Shown: piece after piece, positions 52,124 through 64,000 of the stretch
Layout of the letters: every line of letters begins with the position of its first letter
Numbering within the stretch: the first letter of the stretch is position 1
Source: Eledone cirrhosa
Lineage: Eukaryota
DNA: 64,000 bases
Direction of reading: 5' to 3'
Assembly (NCBI GenBank): GCA_964016885.1
Contig: OZ024753.1
Span: 22,134,001-22,198,000, forward strand
Notes under the pieces: generated by a model
Told to the model about the DNA's origin: nothing
Seen by the model: only the letters and a program-made list of their open reading frames with translations
Database searches by the model: none
Translations under genes and position numbers: made by a program

Positions 52124-52888
52124 GAATGGTTAAAATGTAAAATGTAAATGCTCTTCTATTTCTTAAAGGAAGTTATTGGGGAAGATAGAGTAGAATAGGA
52201 AGAGAGAAAGAAGGGGAGAGGGAGAGAGAGAGATAGATATGAAGGGGTTGGAGAAATGGGAGAGAGTGATTTGAAGAATACAGATATCTTAATCAAAATG
52301 TTGTGGTAGGGGTTTTATTATACTGCTTACTCTCAAAGTGACAACCTTAGGCGTTGTGTTGATATAGTTCAGGTTGGAATTATTTATTGACACAGAGAGC
52401 AGGTTCATAGATGTGGAGAGAGAGGGAGGTAGACCGAAGGCGAGAGAGAGAGAGAGAGAAAGAGGAAGGGCGAGAGAGGAAGAAAGAGAGATAAAGAGGG
52501 GACAGACGAAAGCTACGAGATGGGGTACATGGAGTCCATAGTTGTAGTCTACAAATCGCACTTAAGTATCCATTTATAATAAGCAGGGTATTGTCTTGTA
52601 GTGTGGGGGTGGGGATATAGTTAGGAAGTAGTTATTGAGAGAAAATATTTATGTATATATGTATATATATATATTTCGTTTCTGAATTTGTTTAGCAAGA
52701 TTCTTTATCTGAAAACGTGTGTTGAAACCGATATTGTTATACTTTGGGAGGGTCATGTTGTCAATAAGAAACACACACACCAGTTGCTTTCACTTCAATT
52801 TATTATAATAAATTTATAAATTTAGGAATTTATAAATTTCTGGTTGGTTGGTTGGTTGGTTCCACAACCAGATGGTTGTTTATATATT

Positions 52889-52931
52889 GTCAAAGTTCTT
52901 TCGTCACACATTCTGTGACCTCTTCAGTGAC
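52889..52931 (-). ncRNA. Minimal type I HHR in the inverted pseudo-LTR (intact core)
   Basis: Minus strand: GUCA CUGAAGA G GUCAC-AGAAUGU-GUGAC GAAA GAAC UU UGAC. Confidence 0.8.
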
Positions 52932-55900
52932 TGGGGATTCTTTTCTTTGTTTTTTGTGCCTCTCCTTTGTTCTGTCCTACGCCATCTTGTTTTTGTGTGT
53001 GTGTTGTGTCCTTAGTTTGCGCATGTGTTACATCCGGGTGTCTGTGTGTGTTTATAATCGGTTATTTATTTGTTTATTTACATGTTACTGGTTGATTGTT
53101 TGTTAGTTTGTTATATGTGCGTGTGTGTTTTCATTTTGTCCTTAATTGTAAGTTGTGATGTTGTTGTTCCACTCATGTTTTCTATTTAATTTTGGTTGGA
53201 GTTCATTTATGTTTATTGCCTCTGTGATTTGTCTAAACATTGCGTCTTTTCTGTGTGTAGATTCTATTTTTATTTCTATGTTCTCTAATTTACCCTTATG
53301 TTCTATTTTAGCATGTTGGTAGAGTACAGATGATTCTTTACTATCTTGAAGGTCTCGCCAGTGTTCATTTATCCGTTTCCCTATAGTACGAGCTGTCTCA
53401 CCTATGTACACTATATTTGTATCTCTACATTGTCCTTCAGTACATCTTATACTATATACTACATTTCTAGTTTTACAGTTAATATGGGGCTTAATTTACA
53501 TTTCCTATCTATACAGGGAGGTCTTTGAAAAGGGTATGTATTGCTAATAAGTGTTTTTATGGAGGTACCTGGTCTTTCTACTATCTTAATATTGAGTTTA
53601 TGTTTATCTAGGGCCCTTCTAAATTTGTAAGCTAATTCACCTCTAGGGGTTGTATCGATGAACATTACACTCTGGTATTTATTGCTATCATACCATGAGT
53701 GTATTCTATTAAACAACAACACAAAAATATACAACAACACAAATATATACGGCAACACTACGGTCGACTCTGATGAATTATCTGTATTACAACTGCCACC
53801 TAAGTATGCCACATTTAATAAGGTAAATATGATTAAATTCTTGTCAGAAATAGAAAAATCATTTACAAAATTACGTTGGAGCCTCAAAAACAAAAACAAA
53901 AACAAAAATAACAACATACGCACACACACATACATATACAACACACATCCCAGCAACAACAGACACACAGACACAAACAACAATAACAACAACACACACA
54001 TCAACAATAATAACATACTCAGAAACAACAACAACAGACACGCAGACACAAACAACAATAACAACACACACAACAATAATAACATACACGGAGACAACAA
54101 CAACAACAACACACATCAACAACAGGACACATCAACAACAACGACAACAACAACACACACATTCAATGCCTCTCACCACCACCACAATCTTAACAAACAC
54201 ACAGACACAGAAAACAGGTAATGACAGTGGCACAGAAATAAGGGAAGGTAATAGGATTGAAAGGAGAAGGGAGACTATGGACAGAGAAAATAACCAAGAC
54301 GAACACACAGACACACAAAATAGAGTAGATAATAAAAATGAGCCAGAGGAAAGAGACAGGAGTAATAATGAGAGACATAGAAACAACCATGAGGCTGTTG
54401 GAGGAAATAGAAATAGAAACAACACAACTAACAATAACAATAGCACTAGTACACATAAAGTAGCAGCCTGGAACTCTACTTTTTATAATCCATCCGATAA
54501 GTCGTTCGACCTGCGACAAGTCCACGCCACGACTTTAGCTTTTAACAAACGCACGCAATTTCCGACGCAGGTCGATGAACAAACAGAAGCACAATTTAGT
54601 ATAGGTAGATCTAAACTTAGAAATATTATAGAACAGTATAGCAAGAAGCATGATAGAATGGAGGCCCAGCAACTGGGAGAAAAATCTGCAAATGGCTTGC
54701 GTAATCTCATGCAACGCTCGCGTAATGGAGACATAGCATGCTTTCCAGCAGACAAGTCTGGCAGAATGTCGGTTGACAGTCTGCCAAACTACATCTAGGC
54801 AATGCAACCCACATCACTAACACAAGAGAAGTAACACAACAAGAGCATGAGGATAGAGAAAAAGCCCTCAATGCCCATATGATGATGTGGACAAATATAA
54901 TGCAGCCCAACAAAAGGACTGCCAACAACTTCCAGGCCTGGAACAATGACGTGCCAGCGTTGTATGGGCTTCGAAAAGACCATAAAACGAGCAGTGACCC
55001 TGTCACAGGACCACCAACACGGCCAGTCTGTGGAGCTAACATTGCTAGTAACTACAGACTGTCCTACTTCCTCTCCCTGATCATACGTCCCATCATTGAA
55101 ATGTCCCCAGATGTATGTGACAGCACGGAGGACCTCCTCAGCAGAATCGGCGAGGGTAACCGATCTAGGGACCTAACAAACTGCATAATAGGTAGTATGG
55201 ATGTTGTGTCCCTGTATCCATCTATTGACGTGGATTTTGCTGTGGAGAAATGCGTAGAAATGATCAGTGAGAGCAATGTTGAATTCCGTGGGATTGATAC
55301 CAGTGAGCTGGAACTCCTACTTAAACTTACCTATAGTAATAATTATCTAGACACATATGACCTTAGCAACCTGTGCCCTACAAGACCACCTACTATTACC
55401 TCAATGGCTAAGAAAACCCACACAGATAGATGGAACGGGTGAACCAGAGCCATACGGACCTCCGAAAACCACGATGAACTAAAGAAAATGATTGCACATG
55501 CGGTGGGGGCCAGCATAAAACTAACCCTTAAGGAACACATGTTCAGATTTAATGGAAAAACATATGCCCAAGAGGAGGGAGCAGCCATTGGTGTTAGCAT
55601 TGCAGGCAACATAGCTAACTTACTCATGGTATGGTGGGACAGTAGACTTAAACTTAAACTTAAAGAACAATTAGAAGACCCCTTAACACTGATAATGTAC
55701 TCCCGCTACGTTGATGATATAAACATCGGAGTTAAAACACCCCCACTAGAGAACAGTCAGGAATTAGAGAAATACACAATGGAAAGCATCCAGCAAATAG
55801 CTAACTCCATCCACCAGAGTATTAGAGTTACTATAGACTACCCAAGCAAACACCCCAACCATCGATTACCTGTACTAGACACAGAGCTCTGGTTAGATAC

Positions 55901-57038
55901 CATTAATAACAAAAAACAAATACTCCATTCCCATTATGCCAAACCCATGACTTCCAAATATCTGATCCACCGAAACTCAGCTATTTCGGACCATACCAAA
56001 ATTAACATACTGATTGCGGATTTGGTACGGGTGATGAGAAACGTGTCCCGCATGTGCAACCCCGAATAACTAGAGAGAAACATACAACACTTCATCCACC
56101 GTATGCAGTTCTCTGGTTACAATCAGAGAGATAAAATCAGAGTGTATAGAGGAGCCAGAACCAAATGGGAAAAAATGGTAAATAATGACACAAATGGGAC
56201 CTGCCCCTTGTATAGGAGCAAATTTTGGAATAGAATAGAAAGAACTAGGAATATGGCTAATAGAATAAACTCATGGTATGATAGCAATAAATACCAGAGT
56301 GTAATGTTCATCGATACAACCCCTAGAGGTGAATTAGCTTACAAATTTAGAAGGGCCCTAGATAAACACAAACTCAATATTAAGATAGTAGAAAGACCAG
56401 GTACCTCCATAAAAACACTTATTAGCAAGACATACCCCTTTCAAAGAACTCCCTGTATAGATAAGAAATGTATAATCTGTAAATTAAGCCCCTATATTAA
56501 CTGTAAAACTAGAAATGTAGTATATAGCATAAGACGTACTGAAGGACAATGTAGAGATAAAAATATAGTGTACATAGGTGAGACAGCTCGTAGTATAGGG
56601 GAATGAATAAATGAACACTGGCGAGACCTTCAAGATAGTAAAGAATCATCGGTACTCTACCAACATGCTAAAATAGAACATAAGGGTAAATTAGAGAACA
56701 TAGAAATAAAAATAGAATTTACACACAGAAAAGACGCAATGTTTAGACAAATCACAGAGGCAATAAACATAAATGAACTCCAACCAAAATTAAATAAAAA
56801 ACATGAGTGGAACAACAACATCACAACTTACAATTGAGGACAAAATGAAAACACACACGCACATAGAACAAACAACCAACCAGTAACATGTAAATAAACA
56901 AATAAATAACCGATTATAAACACACACAGACACCCGGATGTAACACATGCGCAAACTAAGCACACAACACACACACAAAAACAAGATGGCGTAGGACAGA
57001 ACAAAGGAGAGGCACAAAAAACAAAGAAAAAATCGCCA

Positions 57039-57081
57039 GTCACTGAAGAGGTCACAGAATGTGTGATAAAAGAACTTTGAC
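57039..57081 (+). ncRNA. HHR in the 3' pseudo-LTR with a mutated core (CGAAA to UAAAA)
   Basis: GTCA CTGAAGA GGTCAC AGAATGT GTGAT AAAA GAAC TT TGAC; paralogue of 52,889-52,931. Confidence 0.7.
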
Positions 57082-57234
57082 AATATATAAACAACCATCT
57101 GGTTGTGGAACCAACCAACCAACCAACCAGAAATTTATAAATTCCTAAATTTATAAATTTATTATAATAAATTGAAGTGAAAGAAATGGTGCGTGTGTTT
57201 CTTATTGGCAACATGACCCTCCCAAAGTATAACA

Positions 57235-59090
<1,856 letters not shown>

Positions 59091-59093
<3 letters not shown>

Positions 59094-59730
59094 GGTAGAG
59101 AATGTTGAGAAGCCAGAGGGGATCACTAATGTAGGCGGGAAGCCGCTGGAACTGGTTGAGGACTTCCTGTATTTGGGAGCAAAGATTGGGAATACGGAGG
59201 ATGATGTGGTTGAGAGGAAGAGCAAGGCCTGGGCGGCGTGCCACAGCTTGAGATCGGTGTGGAAGTCGGACCTTCGTAGAGACCTGAAAATCCGCCTCTT
59301 CATTGCTGTAGTGGAGTCTGTGCTGCTGTATGGGTCTGAGACTTGGACACTGACCAAGAAACTCACTCAGATGGTGGATGGGTGCTACAGGAGAATGTTG
59401 AGGATGGCTCTGAACATTAATCAGTATACACTGAGGATGAAAAACTCAGAGCTGTATGGGAGCATCCCAAAAGTCAGCTCAAAAGTGACACAGAGGAGAC
59501 TGAGGTTGGCTGGACATGCTCACCGACATCCAGAGTTGACATTGCACTCAGTGCTCCTTTGGGAGCCCCTACATGGACACACTAGAAGAGGAAGACCAAG
59601 GTTAACATATGTTGATGCCCTAAGGACAGACACTGGTCTGTTGGAGATGCAGGATATGGCAGCGATAATGAGGGACAGAGACCGCTGGAGAGAACTCGTC
59701 CATGGATCTCGGGAATTTTACCCGCCTTAG
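59091..59730 (+). mobile_element. 3' fragment of an RTE-clade LINE (post-RT C-terminal region)
   Basis: [14 protein letters not shown]...R.SKAW.A...L..VWKS.L....KIRLF...[14 protein letters not shown]....DGCY.RMLR...RRLRLAGH..R...GRPR.TY.D; stop codon followed at once by (TA)n. Confidence 0.92.
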
Positions 59731-59761
<31 letters not shown>

Positions 59762-59905
59762 TATATACAATGCAGCCTCGACAGATGAATACTGCTTGAT
59801 TATGGCTGACAACTGATACAACCGGGACACCATAGAGAAATACCAATATATGAAACATTACATTCTGTAACATTCTCTCCTTATTTTAATTTATATTCCT
59901 GTGAA

Positions 59906-60024
59906 GTTCCGATGAGCCGCTCTGTTTTTAAATATGTTAATTATTTTCATCTGAACCAGATCAATAATGATATATAGTCATCTGATCCAGAAATATTATA
60001 TGGAGTAGCGAAACAATTGTAAAC
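59906..60024 (+). ncRNA. Type I HHR with a 94-nt stem II region (U4 changed to C)
   Basis: GUU CCGAUGA [GCCGCUCUGU...AUGGAGUAGC] GAAA CAAUUG UA AAC; palindromic ACAAUUGU. Confidence 0.65.
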
Positions 60025-60048
60025 GGACATTATTATTATTAATATTAA

Positions 60049-60245
60049 TGGCGGTGGATTGGCAGTATCGGTAGAGGGTCGGGCGCCATGCTTTACAGCA
60101 TAGTTACGTCCCTTTACGATCTGAGTTCAAATCCCGCCGAGGTTGACTTTGCCTTTCATCCTTACGGGGTCGATAAAATAAAGTACCAGTAATGCACTGG
60201 GTAATTGCTGACCTTGTGCCTAAAGTAGAAACAATTATTATTAAT
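60049..60245 (+). mobile_element. tRNA-derived SINE, full length; partial tandem duplicate at 60,286-60,402
   Basis: GGCGGTGGATTGGCAGTATCGGTAGAG (A box), GAGTTCAAATCCC (B box), conserved core and (ATT)n tail. Confidence 0.93.
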
Positions 60246-61099
60246 ATTATTATTATTAATTATTATTATTAACTTCTCGGCAAAGTCCCGCCGAGGTTGA
60301 CTTTGCCTTTCATCCTTAAGGGGTCGATAAAATAAAGTACCAGTAATACACTGCGTAATGGCTGGCCTTGTGCCTAAAGTAGAAACAATTATTATTATTA
60401 TTCTCTACATTCCTTACATCAAACTAAAATATGTTGACAATCTTTTAATAATGTCTTCCTTGTGAAATTTGTGGCCTTGTTTTGCATTCCGCTTCTATTT
60501 CTTCGGTTTCTTCCTTCCTTCCCTCCCCTTCTTGGCTACCTTTTCTTTTCTTCATTCTCACCCCTTTCTTTGCTTTTATTTTTGTCATTATTATCTTTAT
60601 CTTTATTTTATATATATATATATATATATTTATATTTATCTCTTTATATCTCCCCCCTCTCTCTCTCCCTCTCTATCCATTCCTCCCACTATGATCAATT
60701 TAATTCTCTTTAACTCACTACATTCCACGACATGATGTCTGCTATCAAAACTGACCAAGGAATCCTTCCACCTCTACCCCTCCCTCCATCTCAGTTTGTC
60801 ATTCTACTTCCTACCTCTTCCCCCTCCTCTCTCTCTACACTATTCCGTCTGTCCCCTCACCTTCTTATTCCTCTCTCTCTATACTAGTAAATACAATTCC
60901 AAATAAATGTTTTTCTCTATATATTAAGAATTATTTCAAGAGTAACTTACTATTTTGAAAATTTGGACTGTGAACAACAATTATAATTGAGTGGCTGCTA
61001 TTTGCAGTATAGCAATATAAGGTTGCACTTACCAATGAAACGGTCGTAAATACCTGGATAAAATCCTTCTCTTGATGCTTACCTGTGTTTTCTCTTTTA

Positions 61100-62446
<1,347 letters not shown>

Positions 62447-62726
62447 GAGTAACTTATTATTTTGAAAATTTGGACTGTGAACAACAATTATAATTGAGTG
62501 GCTGCTATTTGCAGTATAGCAATATAAGGTTGCACTTACCAATGAAACGGTCGTAAATACCTGGATAAAATCCTTCTCTAAATGCTTACCTGTGTTTTCT
62601 CTTTTATACTTTATACTCCAAGATTGAACGGAATTCTTACAAACTTGTGGTGTTACCCCTAACCGTGCGTTGAAACCATCCATGAAACTGGGTTTCTTAA
62701 CCAAAAACTGGATCACAATAAGCAAC

Positions 62727-62825
<99 letters not shown>

Positions 62826-62960
62826 GTATATATGTATATATATATATGTATATATGTATATATATATATGTATATATATATATGTATATATATATATGTA
62901 TATATGTATATATATATATATATGTATGTATATATATATATATGTATGTATATATATATG

Positions 62961-63014
<54 letters not shown>

Positions 63015-63245
63015 GAAACACACAGATACATGCGGACACACACATATATACATGAATGCATCCGCACCCAACTGTGAGTTAAGGGTGCCAACTTCACCGA
63101 TGTTGCTCAATGAATGACTGGGACAGACCAATTCAGTTTGAACCAGACTGAACCAGTATCAGAGTTAAAAATACATTATGAAGAGAGAAGAAACATTTAG
63201 ATATAATTAGTAATAAAATGTATCATACCTAAACTGTTCCTAAAT

Positions 63246-63333
63246 TCCTCGACTACGTAGTTTCGTGGCATAAACAAAAACAATATATCAAAGATATAGA
63301 GTCCTTGCGAGGTCTGCCGACTTATCAAGAGGA
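63246..63333 (-). ncRNA. Type I HHR, U3:A8 core, 57-nt stem II region
   Basis: Reverse-complement copy of 63,671-63,767. Confidence 0.8.
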
Positions 63334-63670
63334 TACCTCATTTTACTAGTCTCAAGAACGCGTCCACACGACGTGAGAAAGAATCCAAAAGGCGGAGGGG
63401 GAGATAGTCACGCGATATAACGGTCGAGAAACAGAGCTAAGCCTCTTATAACCACGAAAAAAATACCACGGAGGCGGAGGGGGTATTCATATCGAGGCCG
63501 TAGAAGAGGTAGTGAAGAAGGCGAGAAGTATGAGTAATGGAAGCTTTCCAGTTGTCCCCACACTTCAAAGATTGCTCGACCAGAGGGAGTTATTAATATA
63601 TTTAGAAACGCCTTTTGGGATTCTTTCTCACGTCGTGTGGACGCGTTCTTGAGACTAGTAAAATGAGGTA

Positions 63671-63767
63671 TCCTCTTGATAAGTCGGCAGACCTCGCAAG
63701 GACTCTATATCTTTGATATCTTTGATATATTGTTTTTGTTTATGCCACGAAACTACGTAGTCGAGGA
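63671..63767 (+). ncRNA. Type I HHR, U3:A8 core, 66-nt stem II region
   Basis: UCCUC UUGAUAA GUCGGCA...UGCCAC GAAA CUACGUAG UC GAGGA; 5-bp stem I, palindromic ACUACGUAGU, GUC site. Confidence 0.82.
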
Positions 63768-63884
63768 ATTTAGGAACAGTTTAGGTATGATACATTTTAT
63801 TACTAATTATATCTAAATGTTTCTTCTCTCTTCATAATGTATATATATATATATATATATATATGATGAATTATAAAACTAACC

Positions 63885-63960
63885 AAACAGTGAGTGTGTT
63901 CTGTTATTAATTCTGGCAATATTATTACACAAATATGACCTGCCCCAAGTATAACAATAT
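63885..63960 (+). mobile_element. Short pseudo-LTR terminus related to the 57,238 end
   Basis: ATGACCTGCCCCAAGTATAACAATAT matches ATGACCCTCCCAAAGTATAACAATAT (57,213-57,238); followed by (TA)n. Confidence 0.55.
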
Positions 63961-64000
63961 ATATATATATATGTATGTATATATATATATATATATATAT

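Larger units (their letters stand above)
63171..63842. mobile_element. Palindromic non-coding element: ~225-bp inverted arms (63,171-63,394 / 63,609-63,842) around a 214-bp spacer
   Basis: Arms are reverse complements except for a 9-bp duplication (CTTTGATAT) and one extra G in the right arm; each arm holds an HHR; right end runs into (TA)n. Confidence 0.92.

Noticed and set aside
55440-56606. In-frame TGA codons as selenocysteine recoding (known in some PLE clades)
   Set aside because: 56,604 is CGG (Arg) in the inverted copy; 55,440 fits TGG to TGA; the same copy has TAG/TAA stops and frameshifts; no convincing SECIS seen. The TGA at ~42,964 lies in a heavily decayed copy.
60049-60140. tRNA gene
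   Set aside because: A and B boxes are present, but the spacing is too long, no cloverleaf is apparent, and it continues into the multi-copy SINE core.

Overview
Eukaryotic (animal) repeat-dominated DNA with no recognisable host gene. The tRNA-derived SINE family and the very long (TA)n tracts suggest an octopus/cephalopod-type genome; this is inference only. Bases 1-~31,411 are one 29-bp satellite (consensus GATAGAATGGTAGAGTGGTTAGAACGTCA, about 1,100 monomers) with kilobase-scale internal duplications. Its monomer resembles the A-box head of the SINE found elsewhere in the window, and the array runs directly into a SINE body. The rest is a (TA)n-microsatellite landscape containing four larger Penelope-like retroelement (PLE; RT + GIY-YIG) copies plus shorter fragments, a CRE-type and an RTE-type LINE fragment, and several SINEs. 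By eye I find about 19 type I hammerhead-ribozyme (HHR) motifs in 30 kb. They include U3:A8 covariant cores, a class with 57-94-nt stem II insertions, and HHR-bearing palindromic mini-elements. The best-preserved PLE (45,552-50,011) has a gag/pol-like two-ORF layout with a U_UUU_UUA -1 slippery site. Its 5' repeat begins at the Inr-like site of a CCAAT/TATA promoter in its own 3' end. All structures and alignments were read manually; nothing was computed or searched.
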